Source: a virus
Taxonomy: Duplodnaviria > Heunggongvirae > Uroviricota > Caudoviricetes
Virus record (IMG/VR): IMGVR_UViG_3300045977_000087
Direction: 5' to 3' (one strand)
DNA: 64,000 bases
In this document: positions 18,125 through 27,753 of the stretch, one piece after another
Position numbering within the stretch: the first letter of the stretch is position 1
Layout: every line of letters starts with the position of its first letter
Program-made: the position numbers and the translations under genes
The notes under the pieces: model-generated
Seen by the model: only the letters and a program-made list of their open reading frames with translations
Told to the model about the DNA's origin: nothing
Databases searched by the model: none

Positions 18125-18382
18125 ATGTGGAATTGTGTTAAAACAGAATTACCTGAGCCTACAGATGGTTATGATTATACTCAAAGGCTTCTTGTAGCTA
18201 TTGATGTAGATGGTATTAGGCATATAGTTGATGATGTCAAATTCATTAAAAACTATGAAGATTGGGGTGAAACTCATAGAACACCTGTATTTGTTCATCA
18301 CCCAAATTGTTATGAATATGACCAAAAGGTGTTAGAAAATGTAACTCATTGGATGTATTTAAGTACACTTCAATTACCTTAA
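18125..18382 (+). CDS. Hypothetical protein
   Basis: 85-aa ORF. Confidence 0.4.
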   Translation: MWNCVKTELPEPTDGYDYTQRLLVAIDVDGIRHIVDDVKFIKNYEDWGETHRTPVFVHHPNCYEYDQKVLENVTHWMYLSTLQLP

Positions 18383-18632
18383 ATTAAAGTTTGCTGGAAC
18401 TTAAAACCAGCACTTTCTCTATTTTCTTAACTTCCCAGAGGAGGGAACTGTCCTAGCAAATGCTATGTGGCTAACAATCAGAAATAGTAGAATATTATGT
18501 ACCCAATTTGAGTTGTGGCGTTACCTTATTGCCTTGGTATGTGAGACCCAAAAGGAGCCTGGCAAGCATTTAATTAAGAGCTACTGCACCCATCAGTAGC
18601 TCTTTTCAATTGTAACTTTAATTTATTTACAT

Positions 18633-18887
18633 ATGGACTTAAGTAATCTTACTTCACCTGATGACAAATTAGCAGGAGCAAACTCTATCATTGAAAAGAT
18701 AGAAGATTGTATTAAATCAGCACCAAGCCCTGATGAAGGATTTGCTGTTACTATCCAAGAGAAAGTATCTGCTGTAGTGTACAATCACATCTCTTCTCTT
18801 TACAGACAAAGAGGTTGGGAATCAACTCACAGTTGTGTTGGTGAAGACAATCCATTAACAACACTTACATTTAAGCCAATACGCTAA
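18633..18887 (+). CDS. Hypothetical protein
   Basis: 84-aa ORF. Confidence 0.4.
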   Translation: MDLSNLTSPDDKLAGANSIIEKIEDCIKSAPSPDEGFAVTIQEKVSAVVYNHISSLYRQRGWESTHSCVGEDNPLTTLTFKPIR

Positions 18888-19045
18888 ATGTACAAAGGGC
18901 ATCATAAAGGTGCCCTTTAATTTTAATAATCATTTGATATGAAATACCCTTTAGATTTACCCGTAATGATACTTATGACAACTATCTCTTTGTTCTCATT
19001 TACATTAGCAATCTATAATTTAATAACCATCTAATAAACAAACAC

Positions 19046-19282
19046 ATGAAAAACTTATTTTTAGCAGTATTAATGACATTATCATTCACTGCATTTGCAC
19101 AAACAGGTAAAGTATATAATCTTGACAAAAAAGACACATCTTCAGTATCTTACAAAAAGACTAATGATGTAGCTATTTATCATGGTGAAAAGATGCCAGT
19201 ATATACCTCAGCAAGAGGTAAATCATTCATCTTTGTAACCTCTAAGAAATCAGGAAAACAATACAAGAAATACCTAAACTAA
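19046..19282 (+). CDS. Small secreted protein (signal peptide ...FTAFA/QT)
   Basis: 78 aa with a hydrophobic N-terminus and an AXA-like cleavage site. Confidence 0.45.
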   Translation: MKNLFLAVLMTLSFTAFAQTGKVYNLDKKDTSSVSYKKTNDVAIYHGEKMPVYTSARGKSFIFVTSKKSGKQYKKYLN

Positions 19283-19704
19283 TGAAGAAACTATTTTCAC
19301 TTTTGATAGTTGCTGTTGTTTTCATGAGCTGTACTGCTGAGGACACTAGTCCTCAGTATCTGTACAGTGATATGTATGAAAAAGGAGCAAACATGGATAA
19401 AACTGCTGTGGTTAACATAGAGTTTGAGACCACTTATAAAAATGTACAAGTCAGTGTATATGATGTTGAGGCTAAAAAGATATTATTTGTTACCAATGAT
19501 AGCAAGTTTAATATCAATTTAGATTTGACATTTTATGGCAGATATATCTTTGAGTTTCAAAGAGTTAATGGTGAGCTAATTACTCCCCAAGATGAACCTT
19601 ATACTTTTATTCACATCAAGAACCTGTCAGATAATAAGTTGATAGATGAGATGGAATATGAAGGTTGTTTATTAGGCTATAACAATAGCTTTATTGCATG
19701 GTAG
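19282..19704 (+). CDS. Putative lipoprotein
   Basis: 140 aa. N-terminus MKKLFSLLIVAVVFMSC: signal peptide plus a lipobox-like FMSC. Confidence 0.5.
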   Translation: MKKLFSLLIVAVVFMSCTAEDTSPQYLYSDMYEKGANMDKTAVVNIEFETTYKNVQVSVYDVEAKKILFVTNDSKFNINLDLTFYGRYIFEFQRVNGELITPQDEPYTFIHIKNLSDNKLIDEMEYEGCLLGYNNSFIAW

Positions 19705-19787
19705 TTGATAACCCTCACAGAAATGTGGGGGTTATTATTATTTTTTTTATCTTTGTTCTAAGGATAGTAACTTTAAAACAAAAAATC

Positions 19788-20225
19788 ATGAAAAAATTAA
19801 TGTTGTTGGGGCTATTGCTCCTTAGTTTAACCACCTTTGGTCAATATGGTAAGAATAAGGATAAACCAAGCCTGTTCTATGCTGGTATTGCCAACTATGA
19901 CCTAAGACACTCTGACAATGTTGGAGTAAGTGTGGGTATCAATTATTACTGTATCTATGCTGAGGCTAATACAAATGCCATCTTCAATAGTAACAGGACT
20001 GATATTGTAAACTACAATATGGGGTATTCATTCTTCTTCTTGAATGATAATCTTGCCTTAATCCCAACTGTAGGTGTATCATGTACTGAAACTCATGGAG
20101 TTAGAAATGAGAAATTCAACACTGGATTTATCATGCAGGCTAAAGTGTATAAGCCATTATACATCTATACAGGAGTTGGTAAATTTGATGGTATGAAGAT
20201 TGGGCTTGCTTTGAAGCTTGACTAA
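19788..20225 (+). CDS. Secreted beta-rich protein (outer-membrane beta-barrel-like)
   Basis: Start chosen at the internal Met MKKLMLLGLLLLSLTTFGQ, a signal peptide. Alternating hydrophobic pattern, Gly/Tyr/Asn-rich. Confidence 0.4.
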   Translation: MKKLMLLGLLLLSLTTFGQYGKNKDKPSLFYAGIANYDLRHSDNVGVSVGINYYCIYAEANTNAIFNSNRTDIVNYNMGYSFFFLNDNLALIPTVGVSCTETHGVRNEKFNTGFIMQAKVYKPLYIYTGVGKFDGMKIGLALKLD

Positions 20226-20247
20226 TTACTTCATATAACAGTTACTT

Positions 20248-20275
20248 AAGAGGCTTTAATAGCCTCTTTTGTTTT
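20248..20275 (+). terminator. Rho-independent terminator
   Basis: Stem aagaggct/agcctctt, loop ttaat, then ttgtttt. Confidence 0.6.
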
Positions 20276-20291
20276 ATATAATACACACCTT

Positions 20292-20311
20292 GGGGCAACC
20301 CCCTAGTTTAT
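20292..20311 (+). promoter_or_regulatory. Conserved promoter-like motif GGGGCAACCCCCTAGTTTAT
   Basis: Lies 46 nt upstream of the ATG at 20338. Confidence 0.5.
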
Positions 20312-20337
20312 CTCAAGCAATTAACAAACTTTAAAAG

Positions 20338-20562
20338 ATGCAATATATAACTAAACTTAAATTAGCTGCTATGCACCAGTTGTGTGATGCAGAAGATAGG
20401 AGTACAGAGTACACTATTCAGTTCCTACAAAACATGTGTAAAGTCAGCCATGATACTGTCATGGATTACCTAATGCTAAGCAATAGTGAATTAACTAAGC
20501 TTAGAAAAGATGTAAACAGCTTTGTAAAGATGTTTGCAGATGCAGAAGAAATCTTAAATTAA
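20338..20562 (+). CDS. Hypothetical protein
   Basis: 74-aa ORF following the motif. Confidence 0.45.
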   Translation: MQYITKLKLAAMHQLCDAEDRSTEYTIQFLQNMCKVSHDTVMDYLMLSNSELTKLRKDVNSFVKMFADAEEILN

Positions 20563-20581
20563 TTAATTAAATATTTTACAA

Positions 20582-20914
20582 ATGAAAAACACAAACACAC
20601 CTAGTCAGAATGTTATCTTAGACTTCACATCAAGTCTTACAAACTTAACAGCTAATCAAGAGCTTGCAGTGATGCCAGCTGAAATAGCTAAAAGAGCACT
20701 TAGAGCATTAGTTAGTCAGTTACATAGCACAAGCTTCAGAGATGTGAAGAATGATATTGTACATGATTTAGCTCAAACTACTACTATGGAAGAGCTTACA
20801 TCTACAATGACAGCATTCTTACAGGAAAGAGAACTTGTAGATAATGTAGTATCTGAGAATTGGGATGCATACAGAATTGATACACCTCAACCACAGGCAT
20901 CAACTATTATCTAA
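20582..20914 (+). CDS. Hypothetical protein
   Basis: 110-aa ORF. Confidence 0.45.
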   Translation: MKNTNTPSQNVILDFTSSLTNLTANQELAVMPAEIAKRALRALVSQLHSTSFRDVKNDIVHDLAQTTTMEELTSTMTAFLQERELVDNVVSENWDAYRIDTPQPQASTII

Positions 20915-20968
20915 ATTAAATTAGGGCAGAGATTTATTCTTTGCCCTTTTTTTTATCTTTTTTCAGTT

Positions 20969-21265
20969 ATGTATTACATATTAGAAGGCAAGACACCTAT
21001 CAAGGTAGATGATGTGGTATTGTGGGCTCAACATTCATCAGAGAATTATAAGAGCAGAATAGTAAACAATACTAACATTGGAGATGCAAGGGTATCAACA
21101 ATATTCCTTGGAGTAGACCATAACCACTATGCAGGTGGTGAACCAGTACTATTTGAAACAATGGTATTTGGAGGAGAACATGACATGTATATGAGAAGAT
21201 ATTGTACATGGGATGAAGCTGAAAAGGGTCATCATGAAACATGTGCTATGGTAGTAAATAGTTAG
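20969..21265 (+). CDS. Hypothetical protein
   Basis: 98-aa ORF. Confidence 0.45.
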   Translation: MYYILEGKTPIKVDDVVLWAQHSSENYKSRIVNNTNIGDARVSTIFLGVDHNHYAGGEPVLFETMVFGGEHDMYMRRYCTWDEAEKGHHETCAMVVNS

Positions 21266-21267
21266 CT

Positions 21268-21597
21268 ATGAAAAGTAGAGAACATGTAACAACAAATGGT
21301 AGAGCTGTATTCTATGCTTGTTTATGGGAAGATTTACGTAATGCAGCATTAAATTGTGGATGGGCATTAGGCCTTCATGGTAGCTTATCAAGTGATATGG
21401 ATATTATGGCAATGCCTTGGACAGAAGAAGCTAAATCAGAAGAAGAAATGATTATGGCTTTAGAAGGATGTTTAACAAAACCTGATGAAAGGATATTTAA
21501 AACAACTAGAAATACAAATAAACCTCATAATAGAATTGTTTATACTATTCATATATTCTCTGATTTTTATTTAGATGTAAACATTATAAACTCTTAA
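21268..21597 (+). CDS. Hypothetical protein
   Basis: 109-aa ORF, tightly spaced with its neighbours. Confidence 0.45.
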   Translation: MKSREHVTTNGRAVFYACLWEDLRNAALNCGWALGLHGSLSSDMDIMAMPWTEEAKSEEEMIMALEGCLTKPDERIFKTTRNTNKPHNRIVYTIHIFSDFYLDVNIINS

Positions 21598-21599
21598 TT

Positions 21600-22136
21600 A
21601 TGGAAAAGAAAATACAAGTGGTAATGTTACCTGCAGAATATGGAACATTAACTAAGTATAAGGACAATAAATTGTCATTGGCTAAAGGTGCTCATTATGG
21701 AACATCTACAATACAACCTCAACATCTTTATTTCTTATCAGATGATAAGATAGAAAAAGGAGATTGGTTTTACTATAAACTAACAAATAGTATATTTCAA
21801 GCTATTAGAGATGATGCTTATCCTAAAGATGCTAAAAAAATCATAGCTACAACAGATACTTCATTAGGTAATAAAACTATCTATTATAGAGCTGATAATA
21901 GCATTTCAAGAGAAGAATTTAAACCATTACCTCAACCATCTCAACAATTCATAAAGGATTATGTTGAAGCTTATAATAGAAGTAATGTAGGCTCTAACAA
22001 CTTCACTATTACTGAAGTATTAGTTGAATATGAAAATAAACCTCTTTGTAATAGAAGAGATGCTGATGGTTATCCTATTGATGAGAATCTTATTAAAGTA
22101 AACACTGACAATACTATCAATTTAAAAATCAGTTAA
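21600..22136 (+). CDS. Paralog family B, member 1 (unknown function)
   Basis: 178 aa. Shares with the ORFs at 22208 and 23099 the motifs V(M/L)LP, HLY(F/L/I)xSDD..G(D/E)W, KK(I/V)(I/V)ATT, (E/Y)VL(V/I)EY and KVN(T/A)D. Confidence 0.55.
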   Translation: MEKKIQVVMLPAEYGTLTKYKDNKLSLAKGAHYGTSTIQPQHLYFLSDDKIEKGDWFYYKLTNSIFQAIRDDAYPKDAKKIIATTDTSLGNKTIYYRADNSISREEFKPLPQPSQQFIKDYVEAYNRSNVGSNNFTITEVLVEYENKPLCNRRDADGYPIDENLIKVNTDNTINLKIS

Positions 22137-22207
22137 AGACTCTTGGAATAGAGAAGAGGTAAACAAAAGTTTGAATTAGAAAAATGGATTAAAGAAAACT
22201 TATAATT

Positions 22208-22774
22208 ATGAAACAGTATAAGAAAGCAGACTTAATACTCTTGCCCACTAAATCAGTGAGCAGGTTGTATATAGCAGATGGAGTATTACACTATTCATCT
22301 GTAGTATCACCACATGAGGATACTGAAGTTGGACAAAGCCTATACCTAGTAACTGATGAGGAGCCACAATTTGGAGATTGGGCTTATTATCCAGAGGTAG
22401 GAGTAGGCAGAATTGTTATGATAGACAATGTAGATTGTTTCTTCATAGCAAGAATGGAGAATGATGGCACATTTACTCAGCCTTATAAACAAATCAAAGG
22501 CCTGAAGAAAGTGGTAGCTACTACACACCCTTCATTATGGACTGCAACAAGGGAGTTCCCTGCTAACAGAATACCTATTCCACATCCTGATGATACACTA
22601 ATTGAAGAGTTTGTCAAGAAGTACAATGTTGGGCATCCTATTCCTTATGTTCTCATTGAGTATGAGAGAGTAAGAAATGGATATGTAGTAGGTTGGAAAG
22701 AGTATGCTGATTTTATCAGACCAGCTGTAAACTCTGATGGCAGTGTGACTACAAGAGTACTCAAGATTCTGTAA
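22208..22774 (+). CDS. Paralog family B, member 2
   Basis: 188 aa with the same motif set. Confidence 0.55.
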   Translation: MKQYKKADLILLPTKSVSRLYIADGVLHYSSVVSPHEDTEVGQSLYLVTDEEPQFGDWAYYPEVGVGRIVMIDNVDCFFIARMENDGTFTQPYKQIKGLKKVVATTHPSLWTATREFPANRIPIPHPDDTLIEEFVKKYNVGHPIPYVLIEYERVRNGYVVGWKEYADFIRPAVNSDGSVTTRVLKIL

Positions 22775-23098
22775 CTTTGTGCTATTAAAGCACAATATTA
22801 TGGATGCAAATCAAATCTTAGAAAAGTATGCCCACTTAAGAACTAAGTGTCTGGTGTACACAAGGGTTATGGGATACCACAGACCTGTAGAATCATTTAA
22901 CCTTGGTAAAAAGGGTGAACATAAGCAAAGACTTCACTTCAAAGAATAGAGTCATGAGCAGAACTAGAAAACACCCTTACACTAAGAGCAAAGCCATTGA
23001 TAAACAATGTAGAAACAATGGCTCTTGCCCTTACTGTAGAGCTAATAGGCTTTACAAGCACAAAAAGAAAGGATTAAACTAAACAACAAAACAAACCT

Positions 23099-23614
23099 AT
23101 GTATCAATTCAGAACATCAACAGTATTATTATTACCAACTGATAAAGAAACCCATTTGTTTAAAGATGCAAATGAACTGTATTTCAATGAAGAACCTGAT
23201 TTCTCTGACCCTATTTCAGAAGGCCATCACTTATACATTCTAAGTGATGATGTTCCAGGTAAAGGAGAGTGGGGAATGAGAGGCAGTTATATTTTCTTTC
23301 AGAATACAGATGGAGGAGGTCTTAGTGTTGGTGCTAAGAAGATTATAGCAACTACTGATGAAACACTTAGAATATCAATACCACAAGGATATGGTATGAG
23401 TGTTCTGTATGAGGTTGCCAAGATTCCTGAGAAGTTCATTATGAAGTACATCAAGAAGTACAATAAACGTAAGCTAATTACTGAAGTACTTGTTGAATAT
23501 GTACAAGATATGACTTCAGTTAAGAAGCTTGATAATGGCTTACAGACTTGGGATTATCTTCTTAGAGTTAATGCTGATGACAGTATTGTTATACATAAAC
23601 ACAAGAAGGTATAG
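23099..23614 (+). CDS. Paralog family B, member 3
   Basis: 171 aa with the same motif set. Confidence 0.55.
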   Translation: MYQFRTSTVLLLPTDKETHLFKDANELYFNEEPDFSDPISEGHHLYILSDDVPGKGEWGMRGSYIFFQNTDGGGLSVGAKKIIATTDETLRISIPQGYGMSVLYEVAKIPEKFIMKYIKKYNKRKLITEVLVEYVQDMTSVKKLDNGLQTWDYLLRVNADDSIVIHKHKKV

Positions 23615-23637
23615 TTTCAGATGCACTCTAAGGCCTT

Positions 23638-23657
23638 GGGCAACCCCCTAGTCAATC
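23638..23657 (+). promoter_or_regulatory. Conserved promoter-like motif GGGCAACCCCCTAGTCAAT
   Basis: Lies 52 nt upstream of the ATG at 23690. Confidence 0.5.
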
Positions 23658-23689
23658 TAGAGTGCAATAACAATTAAATAAGCAAATCT

Positions 23690-24202
23690 ATGAGAATAGC
23701 TATTACAGGGCATAGACCCAACAAATTAGGCAATGATTATGCCTTGACAAGTCCTCTAATCTTAGCAATTAGAAAGAGGATAATTGAAGTGCTTGAACAC
23801 CATGCTAAAGACCTACCTGATGCAGAGTATGAACAACTCACATTGATTACAGGTATGGCACTTGGTGTAGATACTCTATTTGCTGAGATAGCAATACAGC
23901 TACAGTTACCATTTATAGCTGCTGTTCCTTGCTTTGACCAGCAAAAGATGTGGCCTAAGATATCTCAGGACAGATACCAGAAAATCATTATGGATGAGAT
24001 GTGCAGTGAAGTAGTTATTGTGAGTCCTAAAGCTTATGATAGTACAGTGATGCAAATCAGAAATAAATGGATGGTAGATAATTGTGATATTCTTATTGCA
24101 GTTTGGGATGGTACTAGTGGTGGCACTTGTAACTGTGTTAAATATGCCAAAGAAGTCAACAAAGAGATAGTTTATATTAATCCTTTAAACTATGCAGAAT
24201 GA
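23690..24202 (+). CDS. SLOG/YpsA-like Rossmann-fold protein (tentative)
   Basis: The N-terminus MRIAITGHRP resembles the (A)ITG(Y/H)(K/R)P start of YpsA/DUF1273-type SLOG proteins. The C-terminal DGTSGGT segment fits. Weak assignment. Confidence 0.3.
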   Translation: MRIAITGHRPNKLGNDYALTSPLILAIRKRIIEVLEHHAKDLPDAEYEQLTLITGMALGVDTLFAEIAIQLQLPFIAAVPCFDQQKMWPKISQDRYQKIIMDEMCSEVVIVSPKAYDSTVMQIRNKWMVDNCDILIAVWDGTSGGTCNCVKYAKEVNKEIVYINPLNYAE

Positions 24203-24519
24203 TGGAAATAGAGAAGCAATTAAGGTCAAGGATAATTATCTACACAGCCTTTACAATAATATCTACAGCTTTCTTTTTCTTCTTCGTGTATTTCTCACTT
24301 TTTGAGATATGGGATGCAGGCCCAAGTGGAAAGGTATCAGTAATACTCTTGGTCCTACTAAATATCATAGCAATTGGTCTGAACATATACTCAGCCTTGA
24401 ACTATATGCGTGTCACTGCAAGAATAAAGAAAGTAAAGCAGATTAGGTCAAAGATGGAAGAAGACCTCAGAAGGCAACTTGATGGAAAGTTCAAAAAGAT
24501 ACATAACATAAACAGTTAA
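24199..24519 (+). CDS. Small membrane protein
   Basis: 106 aa with two predicted TM helices. Confidence 0.4.
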   Translation: MMEIEKQLRSRIIIYTAFTIISTAFFFFFVYFSLFEIWDAGPSGKVSVILLVLLNIIAIGLNIYSALNYMRVTARIKKVKQIRSKMEEDLRRQLDGKFKKIHNINS

Positions 24520-24606
24520 TAGACATGGAACATTTTATTCATAAAGCATTGATGGTTATAGGCTACTTTGCTATACTATTTGGCATATTTGCCCTTATAG
24601 TAAGAC

Positions 24607-24876
24607 ATGAAACAAGGAAGTTTAAAAAAGAATGGGAAGAAGAACAAAGAAGAAAACATGGATGGAGAAGCTAAAACAATATTATTAGTAGCACTTGGTA
24701 TGCTATTATTACTATCCTATATCATAGTAGGATATTGGATAGTCAAGACTAAAACTATGGAATCAATGTGGCTAAGAATAGTCATGTTCATATTTAGTCC
24801 AGCAGTATTCTGTATCATAGTGGGAGTATTCCTTGTTCATATCATAGAACATGCAATGAATGAGTCAGACAGATAA
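24607..24876 (+). CDS. Small membrane protein
   Basis: 89 aa with two hydrophobic helices. Confidence 0.4.
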   Translation: MKQGSLKKNGKKNKEENMDGEAKTILLVALGMLLLLSYIIVGYWIVKTKTMESMWLRIVMFIFSPAVFCIIVGVFLVHIIEHAMNESDR

Positions 24877-25099
24877 GCACCCCAGATACAGAAGGTCAGA
24901 AAGAGATGAAAGAATAGAGTTCCTTGAGAAAGAAATGAGAACTCTATTCAATCTTCACTTTGTAAATGACACAGTAGTAAATAACTACAAAAAACTTGAG
25001 TCAGAATGGAAGAGACTGACTCATTATAAACCAGACCCAACACCTGCTATTCTAACTAAGGAAGAAAGAGAAGAATGGCTTAAACAACAAGTAATTTAA
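24860..25099 (+). CDS. Hypothetical protein
   Basis: 79-aa charged ORF. Confidence 0.35.
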   Translation: MSQTDKHPRYRRSERDERIEFLEKEMRTLFNLHFVNDTVVNNYKKLESEWKRLTHYKPDPTPAILTKEEREEWLKQQVI

Positions 25100-25111
25100 A
25101 TCACAACAACT

Positions 25112-25441
25112 ATGTACTCAATTAGACAAAATGAACAAAGTGAATACAACTCTTTAATGACTATTGTAGCTTGTACTATTCACAAAGAAGCAGAGAAGAA
25201 CCTGAAACAGATGAATAACCCCACTGATGAAATGGTAGCTGAAATGCAAAAAGAGATAGGTATTGCTGTAGGTCAGGTTATACTTGACAAAGTAATAGAT
25301 ATGACTAATGATATGGACAGAGATAAGCTAATCAGATTCTTAGCTGAAGCTACCTCATCTGTAGCCATAAGAACTATGAATGAACAATCCTCATTCATAG
25401 ACAGAATCAGATTCCTCTGTAAAATATTACCTAACATCTAA
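25112..25441 (+). CDS. Hypothetical protein
   Basis: 109-aa ORF. Confidence 0.4.
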   Translation: MYSIRQNEQSEYNSLMTIVACTIHKEAEKNLKQMNNPTDEMVAEMQKEIGIAVGQVILDKVIDMTNDMDRDKLIRFLAEATSSVAIRTMNEQSSFIDRIRFLCKILPNI

Positions 25442-25455
25442 TAAACAACAACAAC

Positions 25456-25962
25456 ATGCAATCAAAAAGAAAATCAAATATACCATCAACCTTTACAGCT
25501 ATTGTGGATTGGCTTGCAATCCATGAGTTTGTGTTGATGTTTAAGAATATACCACCAAGTGGTACAAAAGAGTTTCACTTTGGTAAGGAAGGCACAAGAG
25601 TATGTGTCTTCTTTCCCTACAAAGAGGAAACTTATTGCCAGCTTGTCACTACCATCTTTGATAAAGATAAGAAGGATGTGACAGTGACTTCAACTAAGTT
25701 CCTTCCCTTTGATGATGCTACCCTGTTTAAATACTTTAATCAGCAGCAGAATCTTAAGAGAAGACTTGAAGGTGGTTATGATACAAAGCAGATATACTGG
25801 GAGATATGGATGTACTCCTCATTGATAATATTTGCTGTTGTAATCCTTGCAGGTATGATGGCAGGAAGCATGGATATGTTTCCTAATTGGCCTTATGCCT
25901 TTGTAATAGCTTTAGTAAACATTATTGTGTGCTTTGTTATAGGCACCAATACAAAGAGATAA
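25456..25962 (+). CDS. Hypothetical protein with C-terminal TM helices
   Basis: 168 aa with a hydrophobic C-terminal third. Confidence 0.4.
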   Translation: MQSKRKSNIPSTFTAIVDWLAIHEFVLMFKNIPPSGTKEFHFGKEGTRVCVFFPYKEETYCQLVTTIFDKDKKDVTVTSTKFLPFDDATLFKYFNQQQNLKRRLEGGYDTKQIYWEIWMYSSLIIFAVVILAGMMAGSMDMFPNWPYAFVIALVNIIVCFVIGTNTKR

Positions 25963-26062
25963 TTGTGTTTGTTTTTGTATGTTGTTTGTGATTTGGCCCC
26001 TGAGGTTCCCTTCCATATCCAAGGGGGCCTTTCTTTAAGCAACATCTTAACCCATTTAAATC

Positions 26063-26314
26063 ATGAACATAGACCACACACAAGATACCTGGGTAAAAAT
26101 CACAGGTCTTACAGAACAGGATATTAATGACCTATCAAAAAAGATAGCAGATACCATCAGTGAACTGCACAATGAAGACAGAGCTTTTATCTCTCACTTT
26201 CTTGAGCAGTTACAAGAGAAATACAGCTATGATGAATTGCTCATCTTAGCTTCACAGGCTATAGAGATGCACTACAAGAAGAGTGTACTTTATCAAATAG
26301 GCAGGAAAGATTAG
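26063..26314 (+). CDS. Hypothetical protein
   Basis: 83-aa ORF. Its 3' end overlaps the tRNA-3'-half-like element. Confidence 0.4.
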   Translation: MNIDHTQDTWVKITGLTEQDINDLSKKIADTISELHNEDRAFISHFLEQLQEKYSYDELLILASQAIEMHYKKSVLYQIGRKD

Positions 26315-26364
26315 GTAATTACCTGAAATAATAAGGGTTAGGGGTTCGATTCCCCTTCTTGCCA
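26300..26364 (+). other. tRNA 3'-half-like element (T-arm GGGGTTCGATTCCCC plus 7-bp acceptor pairing); no canonical anticodon arm
   Basis: 5' ggcagga can pair with 3' tcttgcc, followed by a discriminator A. The T-stem is aggggTTCGATTcccct. The internal 31 nt holds a perfect palindrome aggtaattacct instead of D and anticodon arms. Confidence 0.3.
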
Positions 26365-26398
26365 CAAACACATTCATAATCATTTAATAACAAACAAC

Positions 26399-27028
26399 AT
26401 GGAACAAGAACAAAAACCAGAGACTCCTAAACAGGATATTAGAGAGGCTCAAGTAAATTTAATGATAGCCTTAATAGGGCTAAGAAACAAGACTACAGAC
26501 AGACTTATTGGTGTCAGTAGTTTAATGGGATACCTCAAAAGCAAGAATGTCATCTACTATGTACAAGACATAAGTGAGGTGCTTATTGAGAAAGGATATG
26601 TCCTATCTGAGGGAGTACTCAGAAAAAGGAATATTCAATGGATATCAAAGCAGGAGATTACCAGTGACCTTGCTTTTGAAATTATTACCACTGCACAACA
26701 GTATAGAAGAGAGAAGCTTAAAGCTCACCACAACAAGAGAAGAGAAAAGCTGCCTGAGCCTACATCTAAGAACAAGCCCAAGCCTGTCACTAAGAAAGCC
26801 AGGAAAGTTAAGAAAGTCAAGGAGAAACTTGTATTTGAACCTATTGTTGATGTGCCTCCTACTCCTGCTCCTACTCCTAATTTTATTGAACTTCTCAATC
26901 TTGAGAGAGATAACATGGACAAGGAGTACAGAGACAGTGTGGAAGAGTATGAAAGACTGAAGCAGAAAATTCAGGTTCTTCAGGATAGAGTATCTAGTAT
27001 GGACTTATTAATTGGAACTTATGCTTAA
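26399..27028 (+). CDS. Hypothetical protein with basic low-complexity segment (KKARKVKKVKEK) and C-terminal coiled coil
   Basis: 209-aa ORF. Confidence 0.45.
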   Translation: MEQEQKPETPKQDIREAQVNLMIALIGLRNKTTDRLIGVSSLMGYLKSKNVIYYVQDISEVLIEKGYVLSEGVLRKRNIQWISKQEITSDLAFEIITTAQQYRREKLKAHHNKRREKLPEPTSKNKPKPVTKKARKVKKVKEKLVFEPIVDVPPTPAPTPNFIELLNLERDNMDKEYRDSVEEYERLKQKIQVLQDRVSSMDLLIGTYA

Positions 27029-27725
27029 AGTAGGCAGTAAAGTATATGTAAAAGACTGGGGTAAGAGATATACCTCAGTCTATACTTGGGAAGATGGTGA
27101 AAGAATAACTGTATTCCCTTGGAAGACAGAGATACCACCTAATTTTGATACTATGTTTCATTGGGACAGAACTTATGAACCTGTCCTTACAGCTAAAGGC
27201 CTTCCAAGAAAGGATAGGTCTAAGAAACTAGTTAGTGAATACCCTAAGTTCAAAGACTATCAGTATCAAATCAGGGAGATGTACACTAAGCTTGATGGCA
27301 CTGTAATATGCCTTCTGTTTGCTTTAAAGACACCTACCCCTTGTGTAATACAGGTAGCTCTTGATGGTGTATGTACTATGACTCCTGCTGAACAGGAAAG
27401 GGTTAAGCATCTTGAACAGAAAGCAAGCATGCAGGCTTTAGCCATTGCAAACCTTGGGATGTGGAGAATTACTGATGACTTAAGCAAGTTTCCTCATGAA
27501 TTAAGAAAGGAGATTTATGACAGGAATCAGTCAGTTCTTTTTGGTAGCAGCATGACAAAAGGTACTATCAAATACCACTACATTCCTAAGGACTATACTG
27601 TAAATGGTGTTCCTCTCCTGATTAATTGGAGCTGTGCTTATGATGGAGGTTGTGACCTTGAAGGTAAGCAAGTAGTGAGCTGGCATGAATTAGAGAAAAT
27701 CTTCACAGAAAACAAATTTAAGTAA
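27012..27725 (+). CDS. Hypothetical protein
   Basis: 237-aa ORF. Confidence 0.45.
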   Translation: MELMLKVGSKVYVKDWGKRYTSVYTWEDGERITVFPWKTEIPPNFDTMFHWDRTYEPVLTAKGLPRKDRSKKLVSEYPKFKDYQYQIREMYTKLDGTVICLLFALKTPTPCVIQVALDGVCTMTPAEQERVKHLEQKASMQALAIANLGMWRITDDLSKFPHELRKEIYDRNQSVLFGSSMTKGTIKYHYIPKDYTVNGVPLLINWSCAYDGGCDLEGKQVVSWHELEKIFTENKFK

Positions 27726-27753
27726 TACCTTTGTGGCTAATACATCATAAGCC

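Noticed and set aside
26574-26960. 128-aa alt-frame ORF and 65-aa antisense ORF overlapping 26399-27028
   Set aside because: Poly-Leu/low-complexity translation of the Lys-rich coding region; no support.
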